Below, piece by piece: positions 1 through 13,000 of a stretch of DNA of 64,000 bases. The notes under the pieces were generated by a model. It worked only from the letters and a program-made list of their open reading frames with translations, made no database searches and was not told where the DNA came from. This DNA comes from Balanoglossus misakiensis (lineage: Eukaryota; Animalia; Hemichordata): contig CM082587.2 in assembly GCA_040954595.2 (NCBI GenBank), forward strand, positions 5,320,206 to 5,384,205. The letters are read 5' to 3'. Numbering within the stretch: position 1 is the stretch's first letter; every line of letters begins with the position of its first letter. A program made the position numbers and the translations under genes.

Positions 1-88
1 CGTTGGCACTGCACTAAACTGTCAATTGGGACCTATGTTATTCCGATCGCGATTAAGTCAAGTGCACTCGGTCACGTAGGACTGAAAA

Positions 89-276
89 ACATACATACAT
101 ACATACATACATACATACATACATACATACATACATACATACATACATACATACATACATACATACATGCATGCATGCATGCATGCATGCATGCATGCAT
201 ACATGCATACATACATGCATACATACATACATACATACATACATACATACATACATACATACATACATACATACAT

Positions 277-330
<54 letters not shown>
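89..330. repeat. Compound tetranucleotide microsatellite (TACA)n/(TGCA)n/(GACA)n
   Basis: Directly visible tandem 4-mers; explains the low-complexity ORFs at 53-515. Confidence 0.97.
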
Positions 331-785
331 GTCGTTCTCGAGCTCAGAACAGCGCACTCAAGCTCTTCAGATTGCATCACTCGGTACCGTTCCAACAAGG
401 TACAGGACAAATGACCTATTCATTCTTTGAACGTTTACCAGGCTTATACATACTAGTAGTCTGCCGCTGGCAGCAGGACAAGGAGCATTGGCGCTGCGCT
501 CCGTCCAACCGCTAGTGGCGCACGAGGTCTGGAAATCGATATTAATCGAAATATAACAGCTTTGAGGGCGGAATGCTCACATTCAAGACAATGTCCCAAT
601 TTAGATTTCAACTTTGGACTTTAGATAGAATGCAATTAACTCAGAATAGCTGTGATTCAACAATGTTATTCATTTGTTGAGTTCCTTTGTCTGCTGTGAT
701 TACAGGTGTGGTTAGTTACAAGCTGTGTTTTTGGGTTTTACAGAACTATTTTCGTATCATGTGTGTGTCTGTGCCTGCTGGCGTT

Positions 786-950
786 GAGTTGCGTTGCGTT
801 GTGTTATGTTGTGTTGTGTTGTGTTGTGTTGCGTTGCGTTGCGTTGCGTTGCGTTGCGTTGCGTTGCGTTGTGTTGTGTTGTGTTGTGTTGCGTTGTGTT
901 GTGTTGTGTTGTGCTGTGTTGTGTTGTGTTGTGTTGTGCTGTGTTGTGCT
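786..950. repeat. Pentanucleotide microsatellite (TGTGT/TGCGT)n
   Basis: Visible tandem 5-mers. Confidence 0.95.
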
Positions 951-3656
951 GAAAATTAGTATGCAGGTTTCTAGGGGTGACAAAGTAAAGTTTGTTCAAA
1001 TTATGGTGAAATTAGCATATGAGTATTTGTGTCATTTTGAATTATAAAATCTTCTCTGAAACTGTTTGTCCGATGTCTCTGAAATTTGGTATGGAAATCC
1101 TAGAGGTGACCTAAGTCAGATTTGTTCAAATTGTGGCAGAATCTACTATAGTGTATTTTGGGGCAATTGCCTTTTTGGTCAAAATATTCTCAGAATCCAT
1201 TTGTCCGATTCCCTTGCAATTTGGTATGCAGATCTATAGGGGTGATCTAAGTGACAGTTGTTCAAATAATAACATAATGCTGTACTGTATTATTACGAAA
1301 AAAATTATTATTAAAAAGTCTTCAAAAATTATCACAAAATGCATGTGTTCTTAAATTTTTGTGTGAAGGTCCCTGGGTTTATCTATGTCAAATTCTGAAA
1401 TTGTGACGAAATTTGAGTTACTGTACAGCATCGCAAAATATCGCTATTGAGAAATTTCTGTTCAAATCCAACGTATTATTATTATTATTTAAATTGACAT
1501 GTGAATCCCTCTCTAAGCGAAATTTCCATAGCTATGCTAATGAATATTTTAAAATAGGATATAGGATATTTTCAGCCCCAGAATGGTTCATTTTGACCTA
1601 AATAACCATAGTAGCGACATTTTCATTTCAATCCAAGCTACTTTTGATGGAAATTTGGAGAAAAAAACGTACTTTTAATCCCAAAATAGTTGCCATAGAA
1701 ACACAAGTCCTCAAAACGGACATCATTTCGATCTTTTTGTGCCAAGATACTCCTATTGTGAAATTTTCGTGGAAATCGGACCTTTTATTATAAAATTGTT
1801 ATTTTATTTAACTCTGTACATTTATTTAATTAGGCCCTATTTAATTATTAATAACAACAACAATGCACGGACTTTGGGAAGGGTCACTTCTTTCCGTGAA
1901 TTACATGTAGCATAGAGAGGGTCACTATTGTTCACGATTGCAAACGAACATCCATCAGCCCTCCCCTCAGTATTAATTCTGTCCAGCCCCTAAATGTAAA
2001 TTATTTACTAGGGTCTAGGGGGTCCTATTTTGTTAGCGGTTGGTGACCTAGTCTGACGTGTGAGCTGGTAAGTAATGTATAGAAATGACTTTTATTCACT
2101 TTCAAGTCAGATTTAGAGATTAGTGTTTTATATGTGAGAAAAAAGCAGAACCTGCGTCGTCAAATTGTAAAATTCATCTCGAGGTCCTCGAGGTAAAACA
2201 TAAGGTAAACCATGAAATTAACGTTTTTAAAATTGTTGTGTTTAAATGTACTGTTAAATATTAACACAAAGTAAACAGACATATAGTGGAACAGTGAAGA
2301 ATCGATCGCTCTTATAAAAGTGTCCACTCGTTGATTATGTCTGGCCTAAGTCCGTCCGACAGCGATCTTGAGTACATCGGACAATGGGTATGGTCTGATC
2401 AACAAACAGCCAGTCACAAATCTGCTTACCGGACGCGGACGCGAACCGGAACATGTCTATATATAGTTTTGACGTCCTGCCTTGTACCACGGTCACTCCA
2501 GGTGACCGTGCTTGTACATAGAGCGTAACTCGTCTGGGGCGATTGCGTCGTGGCATATGCTTGTCACGGTTTATGATATTGGGGTGGCTGGGCGGGGGTT
2601 AGTAGACCTACACAGATATTTTACCACACTTTTGACCATTGTGACTATAATGTTTGACTACAATTTTCACAGTTCAATGAAATCGACGTTAGAAAATAGT
2701 TTTTTGGGGTGTTGGTCAACATATCTGCAGCCACACAACACATGAATGCGGTTGCCCGGTACCTACTCCAGTAAGACTAGCTTGATTGATCATTCCAATC
2801 TAACCAGGTGCAGACTTTTGAATCATAAGAAAAAGCGTTGATTGAGCTCAATAAAACCGTTTTTCAACATTGAATTTATTGTTATTCTTATCGGTGCTCT
2901 GGCGCCGATTTCATGAACAGAAGTAAAGTATAGTTCTGCTTCCTTTATGAAATATGGGATTGGCATTCACCGGCAGATGATTTATTTTGCACTAAAACTG
3001 GTACGAAAGAAGTGTCACCTTTAGCTTACACATGAATGCCTTTTAGAATTGCAGTTTCAAAGAATTGTTGTTTCAAATGCATCGAAACCTCATGAATTAA
3101 AAAGCCAATCAGTGACAGCCAAGATTTTAGTTAATATTTTTTCTTTTGTTGTTCCCCTAGCGTCCCTCCTAGATACATTATCCAATTTGCTATCCCGGAG
3201 TTTAGGAAAATAACAAAGGGTTCATATTCGTGTGTGCGTGGATTGCTATAATTAGTACATTAGTTTTTTCCTTCATTAAATTATCCACACCCCCCCCCCC
3301 CCGTTGAATAAATTTGCTGTAGTTGGTCCTCCCATGGCCACACCACACGTTTATTAATAAACGTTGGCTGACAATATAGGCCCTAATGAATATCGTTTGA
3401 TTGATTTAAAAAAAACACACTCACGTTGATTACTTCCTCACTGAAGTTAGCTAGCTCAGCAAACTGTATGTGCCCTGTCTTATGAAAAACTTTCGCAATC
3501 TAATTTGATTAGTGTGATGAGTTTGCTTCAACATTGGTAGAATCGAATTCAAAGTAACACTAGGGGGCCTACGTAACGCCTATATCAAAGGTCGTTACAA
3601 TATGGTTTGTTCAGATAATGTTAATATGTTATGTATTACTATTTAGGCCTAACATA

Positions 3657-3821
3657 CTGTAAAACACTTTATTTTCGCGAGCAATAAATTTTCGCCAAAT
3701 ACGCGAGAGCCAAAATGGCGTGAAAATAAAAAGTCGCGTAAATTTTTTTGAAGATAAGGATGCAGTGAATGAAATAAGAGAACGCGAAAATTTCAACTCG
3801 CGAAAATAAAGTGTTTTACAG
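3657..3821. mobile_element. Small MITE with terminal inverted repeats and TA target-site duplication (Tc1/mariner-type)
   Basis: ta|CTGTAAAACACTTTATTTTCGCGAG ... CTCGCGAAAATAAAGTGTTTTACAG|ta; about 25-bp perfect TIR; related copy at 28558-28699. Confidence 0.8.
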
Positions 3822-4497
3822 TATACCCATGCCCATATAACCCCTTGTTGATAGTTTACAAAGTGACAATATCAACGTGCTCTTGCGGTGTTTGGCAAAG
3901 TAGAGATTCATCACTGTCACAGTTAATTTTAATCGCGAATTTCTTGGTCAAATGATTTTATACCAAAGACTTATAGGAATGAAAAACTCTTTCAATGTCT
4001 TCAAAATCTGTAGTGCTAGAATTCATTATTATCTTTACGTATTAAACCTGACACTACTTTCAATTTACCTATGGTACATCCTTAATATTGTACATCTTGA
4101 CATTTTGCAGGGTTTTTTTTTCCGGACATCTCGTATGGGGAACTGACAAACCTTTGAGAACGCCAGGACAGTGGACATACTTCTCTCCCACCACGTTACT
4201 TTATTTCGTGACGCTGGATCTCAAAAGCTACAATGGCATCTACAGTCCGGCTTCGAGTCTAACATTAAAGCTTTATAGAATATATTTCAGTTTGAAGGAA
4301 TTCATACGAGGTCCTCTCGTCGGAAGGTTGAATGGACATGTTTCCTGTGTGAATTTTTTTAAAAATACAGATGTTTTCCTAGGGAATTATTCACCTGTGA
4401 CATTCAATTTACATAGAAAGCTTCACTGGAATCATCTTCGTATTATTTCAATATCTCCAAAAACCTAAGCTTATAATTTCGAAACAAAATAATTAAA

Positions 4498-4784
4498 ATG
4501 CCCGGATATTCTACCTTGATTTTGAAAAACGAACTTGGCACAATCGAATCTAATAAATTTAAGTGCGGTCATTGTGGAGGTCTATTAAATGATCCTTGTC
4601 AGACGTATTGCGGTCATCGCTTCTGTAGGTCCTGCATAGATGAGCTGATGAGGTAAGAAAAAGATAAATTACATTCATTGAATTAAATGTTGGTGGTGGT
4701 TGTTGTTGTTGTGGTGGTGGTGGTGGTGGTGGTGGTGGTGGTGGTGGTGGTGGTGGTGGTGGTGGTGGTGACGATGGTGGATGG

Positions 4785-4872
<88 letters not shown>

Positions 4873-4898
4873 GGTGGTGGTGGTGGTGGTGGTGGTGG

Positions 4899-4933
<35 letters not shown>

Positions 4934-7594
4934 ACCCTTTTACTATTTCGTAACCATGGATACACACTCAGAGATACACTTTCCACTTTTACTTCCAAAG
5001 GGAAACCGGTGGATCATTCCAATGCAGAATATGTGGGCCCGACGAAGACCCCGAGGACAGTATGATTACTGTTGAAACGGTAAAGATAATCATGTTCACA
5101 GAATTCTAATTGAGAAAGGGTTTTTAATTTTTCGTCGACAGCACAAAAATCAATATTTTCATCACTGTATATTATGATAAAGCGATAAGCTCAACGCGTT
5201 TCATGATATACGGGTTACAGCCTCCTGGTGCAGAGAACATGGAAATTTACATGTTGAACATTACGAAATAACTGACAGCATAATTTAATTAAACTGATTT
5301 TCTACTTTTGTTTTATAGGTCTTCAGAGATAATGCCATCAAAAGAGAAATGAGATATCTTAAAACGAAATGTATCAACACTGGTTGTTCCTGGAGCGGAG
5401 ATTTCAAGGATTATGTGGTGAGCACATTTAATGGTTTAGACGACACTCGTGTTGGCTTCTGACAGCTTGCTTTGCTGTTACGTACTTGTTTAATTGATTT
5501 TTACACACTCGCGAGTTAATGCAAAATTACTCACTGACTGGCTAGCTAATTTCGCATTAACAGATAGACAGGCACTCAGACATACCTCGGTATGACATTA
5601 CCCTTGTGTGTGAACGCAAAAGTTGAAAGTACAACTCATGTCTGATTTGGTATCTGCTTCTACAATGGTCATTATTTTACATTCACAGAATCACCAGGCG
5701 TTGTGTGAATATGGTTTGATTCCCTGTGAAAGAGAAGGGTGCCAGAAGCAAGTGAGGAGAAAAGACGTTGACAGACATATGAAGGAAGAGTGCCGATCTC
5801 GACAGATTGACTGCAGAGATTGCAATCGTAAACTAATGTTCAAGGATCTGGAGGTACATTTTGATTAAGTATTACATATATTTCGACATCCTTGCCTGGC
5901 GCTGATATCATGATTTTATTTTATGTGCAGTCACCCTTTAACTTCAATTTTACACAATTGTAGACATGAAATGCAAGATTGGAAGACCCGTAGATTTTAG
6001 AATTAATGGATTTTGCCCTGTTACGTGAATCATTAAATGCAGATAGAAATCGTGAAAATAATTTGGCGTTAGCGATAAACCGAAATGACAAGAATAAAAC
6101 AATACTTACATTGCCGATTTCCTTGAACGTGCCTTTTTTTTCTAGTACTCTTACTATTTCCATCTTCTCTCGACATAGGAACATTTCACGGAATGTCTGG
6201 AGAGACGAGTGAATTGCGAGTTTTGTGGAGCGGCGGTCATTAGGAAGAAGGTGAGACACTGATCACAATTAAAATTTAAAGTAGCAAAATACTGTTCCAT
6301 CCCTTTCTCATTCAATGGTCATAGAGACGTCCTCATACATGCGTGAACATTTTTATTGTACAATTTAGATGCAAGAGCACATTGATGTTGATGTCGGGGA
6401 CTGTCCGAAGAAAATGATACACTGCAAGTATCGCGTCATTGGCTGCCAAAAGATGGTAAGTGATTTGGAAGATTTTATCGTTGTATAGATGCCTCTTTCG
6501 TGACTTACATCGGTCATCGAATCATCGGTCATGAAATATTGTTGCGAAACCCCCACCATGGTCATTTGTTTTATCCCTAGGTTGAAGTCGGCAAAGAGAG
6601 TGACCATGACAACAGTCACGTGACAGAGCATATGGAACTGGTGTACCAACAGATTGCACTGCTGCTGAACTTCCAGTCGTCAGCAGAGCAGACGACAGGA
6701 GATATCCAGCAGCTCCGTGCTACATTAGGAAAGCAGCAAGAAGTTATCACCAACCTGCAGCAGTCGCTGCACCACATGCAGAATGATTTGAAAGACCGAC
6801 CCGGACTGGCAGCTGCCCGTGTCCCAACCAATGGTATTTCGACGTTTAACCAGATCATTGAAAAGTTAACCAAGTCAAACCGAGAGCTGGAACTGAAGAG
6901 CGAAAAAATCGCAGTCAACGTCACAACCTATGAAAGTATAGTCGGTGTCTTGAATCGAGAAGTCGAGCGAAATGCGGAGATGGTGCAATCAGTGATGGGC
7001 AACGACAGGAGACTGCGGGAGAGACTTGATGCTTTGGAGAGAAAGGCGAAGGCACAGGACAGGATCATAGCGCTGAAAGACGTCACTCTGGCAGAGCAAG
7101 ATCTCCGAATACAGTCTCTGGAGATGGCGAGTTACGATGGTATCCTTAACTGGAAGATACCAGATTTTGGTCGAAAAAGACGAGACGCACTCTCAGGGCG
7201 GACGTCTTCTCTCTATTCGCCGTACTTCTTCACTAGTCAGTTTGGATACAAGATGTGCGCCAGAATATATCTAAATGGTGATGGAATGGGCAAAGGAAAC
7301 CACATATCTCTATTTTTCGTTATAATGAAGGGAGAGTTCGACGCCATCTTGAAATGGCCGTTCCGTCAGAAGGTCACGCTTATGTGGCTGGATCAAAATA
7401 ATCGCGAGCATATGATCGATGCCTTTCGTCCTGATCCAAGTTCATCTTCGTTCAAACGGCCGAGAGGAGATATGAATGTCGCGTCTGGATGTCCTCTCTT
7501 CATGCCCCTCAGCATGCTGGAAAGTGGCAGTCAGGCTTTCGTCAAGGACGACACGGCTTTCCTGAGGATAATTGTGGATACCCATGACCTCTAG
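4498..7594 (+). CDS. TRAF2: TNF receptor-associated factor, TRAF2/3-like (RING, TRAF zinc fingers, coiled coil, MATH/TRAF-C)
   Basis: Exons 4498-4652, 5001-5079, 5319-5417, 5689-5853, 6179-6250, 6369-6455, 6581-7594, all GT-AG and phase compatible. RING motif CGHC..LNDPCQTYCGHRFCRSC, VFRDNAIKRE, and TRAF-C signature GYKMCARIYLNGDG..HISLFFVIMKG..WPFRQKVTL..DQNNREHMIDAFRPD. Orthology within TRAF1/2/3 is not certain. Confidence 0.92.
4688..4932. repeat. Compound trinucleotide microsatellite (GGT)n/(GAT)n in TRAF intron 1
   Basis: Visible tandem triplets; source of the poly-V/D/M/H ORFs. Confidence 0.97.
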
Positions 7595-8024
7595 TGTTAT
7601 GATCTGAAGAATGAGGGTCGATTGAAGAAAAAATACTGAGAACAAATCTTATAAAGAGAACGCCAATTGCAATCATTTGAGTAATTATACATCTACCAAG
7701 TAACACGAACGTTAGAACTGCCAAAGTAGGACATACACTTGCAGAAATAAGGCGAGATATTAATGCCAAATGTCTTTCATACCACATGCCTGCCAGCATA
7801 ATTCAGAAGAGGCATGGGTAGCATTGAACACGTACCATGTCCAGGCTATGAAATGCTGATGACTGGTCCCGACGCAGTAATTGAATCGCAAATTCACATA
7901 ACTGTATACATACCATAGAAGAGAATTCGTTCCAATATGAACATGAACCACTTGTCTATGAAGGAAGATATAATTGTTCATTATTATACTGTACAAGTAT
8001 ACAGTACACACAAGAACACCATTA

Positions 8025-8396
8025 TATACCTATTCTAAACAGCACGTTTGTTTATGACCATTTTATGCAGAAATTCAAATCGCCTGTTTGACGGATACTA
8101 TAGAGATTCCTTGATGCAAGCGTATTTTATGAGTCAACTGAGATTATAAACGACTCACACTTTCAGTTCATTTCAATCTACATGTAGTTTGTATTCAGAG
8201 TATAGGAAAGGTGGAAGTATTGATGATTTGGTCACATGCAAAGCGACTGTTCAATACATGCACATCATACAACTTCTACCATATATACCTATTCAAAACG
8301 GCACGTTTGTTTATGACCATTTTGTGCAGAAATTCAAATCACTTGTTGCTTTAGACGGATACTATAGCGATTCCATGATGCAAGCGTATTTTATGA
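8025..8396. repeat. Diverged direct duplication of about 110 bp (8025-8132 and 8284-8396) downstream of TRAF
   Basis: Both copies read TATACCTATT..GCACGTTTGTTTATGACCATTTT..GCAGAAATTCAAATC..GACGGATACTATAG..GATGCAAGCGTATTTTATGA. Confidence 0.88.
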
Positions 8397-8867
8397 TTCT
8401 CTCTTGTACGTTACCGGTTCTATCTTTCAAGTGTTCCGTTAAAATCAGATCAAAATGTTTCATACATGAACAAATCACAATTTCCCACATGATTTTTTGA
8501 CGTTATAGTTTGATAGATTGTTTATGTACATGTAGTTCTGCAAGCCTTTTAAAAACCGTGTTTTCAGAGTGTGCAAAATATGGAAGTAAAAACAAGAAGT
8601 TCGCATCGATCGTACGATACTTCACTATTTGATAATTTTGTTTATTCAAGATCAAAAATGGGAAATGGCGAAACAGAAGTGTGTGTCTAAACTTACTTCG
8701 CTTTTCCTCCGGCAGTCACGGTGGCGGTTTATCGTCCCAGAGCTTGAGGTTGACTTTCAAATTGTATTAAAGCGACAAACACATTGTGCCCTTCCCTTGT
8801 GTGTGCGCTCTCTGTTGAAGAAAAAATGGGGTAAATCACATACAACTGGGCTTGAGGTCGTGAACTT

Positions 8868-8992
8868 GTGAATTTCATAACCCATTTTGTAAGTTTCATA
8901 AACAATTTTGTGAGTTTCATAACTAATTTTATGAGTTTCATAACCAATGTTGTGAGTTTCATAACCATTTTTTTTGAATTCCATAACCAATT
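8868..8992. repeat. 21-bp minisatellite, about 6 copies
   Basis: Consensus GTGAGTTTCATAACCAATTTT repeated in tandem. Confidence 0.9.
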
Positions 8993-9279
8993 TAACGCGA
9001 TTAAATCCTGAACACTTGTTGCGAAATCCATACAATCATATATTGCCTCCTCCATATGGTCACATTGGATCTTAGAACCCAACCTTTGCAGAGTATACTA
9101 GTAACCGTGATTGGCCCGTCCATGATTTCAATTTGCATACAAAGCAAATTTGACTTCTGAACCAAAGAGTCCTTCAATCTGATGAGATTGTACAACTGAT
9201 GATTAAAAGCGTCTATAAAAGCACTGACATATAGCGCTTGCAAAACCAGCTCTTAAAACATCCGCCGGGTCTGGCGGAC

Positions 9280-9507
9280 ATGGCTTCTTTTAAAGCATTG
9301 GCGATTGTGTTGCTTGTGTTCGCGTTCAGCTCCAACCTACCGGTGGCCAACGGTTGGTCTTTCGTGGACTGGTTGGGAGAACCTGGATGGAAGGATTTTG
9401 TGCAGACGTTATGGTCCAAGATCAGCGACGAATTCGAAGTAATCGACAACATCGATGACATAACTAACGATATCGATTCAGGTACGGTTTTTCTTGTTGA
9501 ACAGTAA
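9280..9507 (+). CDS. Putative small secreted protein, or first coding exon with a signal peptide
   Basis: ATG at 9280 gives MASFKALAIVLLVFAFSSNLPVANG (signal-peptide-like), then Trp-rich WSFVDWLGEPGWKDFVQTLWSKI and an acidic tail. TATAAAA at 9214-9220. Possible phase-1 donor G|GTACGG after 9481, otherwise stop at 9505-9507. Confidence 0.6.
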   Translation: MASFKALAIVLLVFAFSSNLPVANGWSFVDWLGEPGWKDFVQTLWSKISDEFEVIDNIDDITNDIDSGTVFLVEQ

Positions 9508-9615
9508 TAGAGGCAAAATGTAAACCCCCGAATTGTCCGGGGCGCATGACCAGTGAAAGCGTTCATTGCGTTGACGAGGGTTGACAATTTACGGCGTTGG
9601 TGGCGCAATACATGA

Positions 9616-9674
9616 TTACGTAAGACCCACCGAGTATAAACAAGTTCAACGTGCAAGTCTGCGTCTTTACGTAA
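9616..9674. promoter_or_regulatory. Two perfect D-box (PAR-bZIP/E4BP4) palindromes TTACGTAA upstream of the photolyase
   Basis: TTACGTAA at 9616-9623 and 9667-9674, about 370-420 bp upstream of the photolyase ATG. Confidence 0.65.
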
Positions 9675-10037
9675 AATTTACTCCGTGATCAACGTTCGAC
9701 CGTAAACTGATTCACGGTGACAAGAAGTTATTGGTATTTGACCGGATTCTTCTGCACAGAAGAACCGTATCTCTTGGTAAATCGCAACCACCGACATTGG
9801 TCACCAGGTCAGTCGAAGTCCAGAGCCTGTGGCATATGCAGAGAACCGTCGAGGTTTAGTCATTTGTCATCCACTCACAAAAATCCGGACACACATTATG
9901 ATTACTTGGTCTATTCTATGGTCTATTGTAGCCTAAACACCCCACCTCCCGGGCATGGGTTCCATTCACTAAATCGTCCACCCAGCCAGCTGCCAGATAT
10001 GTGAGTTGTGACCCTTATACTTTCACTTCCCCCAGAT

Positions 10038-13000
10038 ATGGCCAAGCATCGAAGCATACACTGGTTTCGCAAAGGTCTCCGTCTCCACGACAACCCAGCG
10101 CTGCAGTCGGCGTGTCAGAACTGCCAGGAGTTGAGACCGATATTCGTACTGGATCCGTGGTTTGTCCAATCCGGCAGAGTTGGCATTAACAGGTGGAGGT
10201 TTCTTTTGCAGTCTCTTCAAGACTTGGATGACAGTCTGAAGAAAATTGGTTCGAGGTATGTTCTTGCCACCTAATGAAATTGATGACTATAAGTATTTTG
10301 TGCCTAATTGACATGACAGGGATGTGCAGTTGATCATTGCTTTTGTGGTGTGTTTTTTTATCTGACACAAAAGAAATAAAATCGTGGGTTCAAATGAATA
10401 TGTGTGGTCAACACTTTATACCACAGAAAGAACATTGATGGAAAAAACGCTGACTCAGCAGTTTTGCTGCATCATGACCTCCATCAGACCAAGGGAGAAA
10501 TCTGAAACGTTACACCTACAGTGTCCTGAATAATTAATAACCAACAATAAATGCATGTCTTCCTATGAACAGGTTGTTTGTTTTAAAAGGAAAACCTTCA
10601 GAAGTTTTTCCAAGGATCTTCAAAGAATGGAACATCACACGACTGACATTTGAAGCCGACACTGAACCCTATTCAATCCAGCGTGACTCAGAAGTGAAGG
10701 AGATTGCCAAGTCTTGCGGTGTTGAAGTTGTTGAGAGAATTTCACATACGCTTTATGATTTGGAAAGGTATATATAATAAATAATTCTGGTGTAACAAAG
10801 AGTGTTTATCATAGGCACCTGTGAATTAAGTGATGAAACAATTTGTGAAAATGTACTTTGACTTTTATTTAAATTTACCATTTTAGAATCATTGATGCCA
10901 ATGGAGGCAAGCCACCACTACAGTACAAAAGACTGCAGACCATTGTATCCAAACTTGGACCCCCAGCAAAGCCACAACCTGCCATCACACAGCAGAACAT
11001 GAGAGGTAAGAGCTGAACAAAACAGCAAAATTTAGATGGGTTTCACCCAGCTATTGCGTTGAAAAGAGAAGTGCTGATTTGATGTACAGCTGACCGAGAA
11101 CAATGGCGACGGCACAGAACAGTTGTTCAGTCCCTGGAGGGGTTCATATACTTTTGCATTACTTTAGAAATGTCTCACCAAGCTATTAAGCTACTTGTGA
11201 ATGAGAAAGCTTATCTCAATGTTCACGTGTAGCCATTTTCCCTTCCCAGGATGCATCACTCCGGTCGGTGCGGACCATGACCAGGAGTATGGTGTTCCGT
11301 CTCTGGAAGATCTAGGATTGGACAGCACTGACATCGGTCCAACCTTGTATCCCGGTGGAGAGACAGAGGCATTGGAAAGAATGCAGAGGCACCTTCAAAA
11401 TCAGGTCAGTGGCATAAAAGACTTCCTCTTTTACTGAGAAGGAATAAAAAAACTTTAAAGCCACCATAGCTGCCATTCTTGCACGATTTTCATGATTATA
11501 TTTATTATAGAGTTTTTCTATGATGGTCGAGATTTCGTCTTTACTATGACGGTTTCCTTTCCTTTCAGTCGTGGGTGTGCTCATTCGACAAACCCAAGTC
11601 TCAGCCCAACTCCCTGAAGCCAAGTACCACCGTTCTCAGTCCCTACCTGAAGTTTGGGTGTCTCTCGCCTCGTACTTTCTACTATGCATTGGAAGATGTC
11701 ACCAAGAACAAGGTGAGAGGGGAATGATGTTCAAATTAAGTAGCTATGCGTAAATGTAAATTGGCCAGCATATATATGAGCTGGAAGAGTCATGAAAATT
11801 TTCAAATTTAACAAGCAGATATATTGCATCTTCAAGAGTTGGAAGTCTTCATTTTCCTGTTTAAAAATTCATCCTGTCTTCCTTTCTCCCCTCTTACAGA
11901 CAAAGTGCACTCAGCCACCTGTGTCTCTGACAGGACAGCTGCTGTGGAGAGAGTTCTTCTACGCCGCTGCAGCGGGAACACCAAACTTCGACAAGATGGA
12001 AGGCAACCCGATTTCTCTGCAAGTGCCATGGGACAACAACACTGAATACCTGAATGCTTGGGCCGAGGTAAGGCTTTGTGATAGCGCCCCCTAGCGGTTG
12101 TAAGGCGTGTTTCTTTTGACCAAATTATAAAGTTTTTATTATTACAAAAAAGTCTTACACATAATGCACTTCAGTACACAAGGTACAGGGTCCGACTGAC
12201 AATTCAAAACAGAAATGTATTTTAAATATCAAGAGCAAGCTTTAACAAAAAAATGAAATCTAACTGATGGCTTGCGCAGAACAAATGTCATCATTGCAAT
12301 TAATCTTTGTCTTCCCTGATATTTTCCGTGTATTCCTGTCTTCTCACATCACAGGGCAGGACTGGCTATCCGTACATAGATGCCATCATGACTCAACTCA
12401 GACAAGAAGGGTGGATCCACCACCTGGCGAGACATTCCGTGGCCTGCTTCCTGACCAGGGGAGATCTGTGGATCAGTTGGGAAGAGGGACAAAAGGTGAC
12501 TGCTGGGTATATAATTCCTGACTGTCCGAAAGCTGCAAACACTTATGATAAATGTGAAGTCCCTGATATCCAGGAGCAACACAAGTTGAATGATCTCACT
12601 GTTTCTCTGTACTGTTTATTTACACAAGGTGTTTGATGAGCTGCTGCTGGATGCCGATTGGAGTCTCAATGCAGCCAACTGGATGTGGTTGTCGGCCAGC
12701 GCCTTCTTCCACCAGTATTTCCGAGTCTACAGTCCAATTGCATTCGGAAAGAAGTACGACAAGGAGGGCGAGTACATCAGGTGAGAATAGTCATTGTCAT
12801 GAATATTCATTATCAACTAATGAATATTCATTTTCGTTAATGCAGTGAGTGTTAATTATCATGAATATTAATTTCCATGAATGCTGTGAATATTCAATTG
12901 CCATGTTAGGAAGCTGTCGATAGGCAAGTTTTACAGCACCCTCATGTGACAATCAGGTGCAAATACATGTATGAAGTAATCAAACTTTACGTTTCGTTAC

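Noticed and set aside
53-1047. Cys/His/Val-rich repetitive ORFs
   Set aside because: Translations of tetra- and pentanucleotide microsatellites, open in several frames on both strands.
4675-5065. Poly-V/D/G/M/H ORFs
   Set aside because: Trinucleotide microsatellite inside TRAF intron 1.
8729-9082. Heptad-like MKLTKL and YETHK repeat ORFs
   Set aside because: Translations of the 21-bp minisatellite.
9932-10035. Extra exon 9932-10000 with donor GTGAGT at 10001
   Set aside because: It would need a 35-nt intron and gives an immediate stop in the phase-1 frame; not supported.
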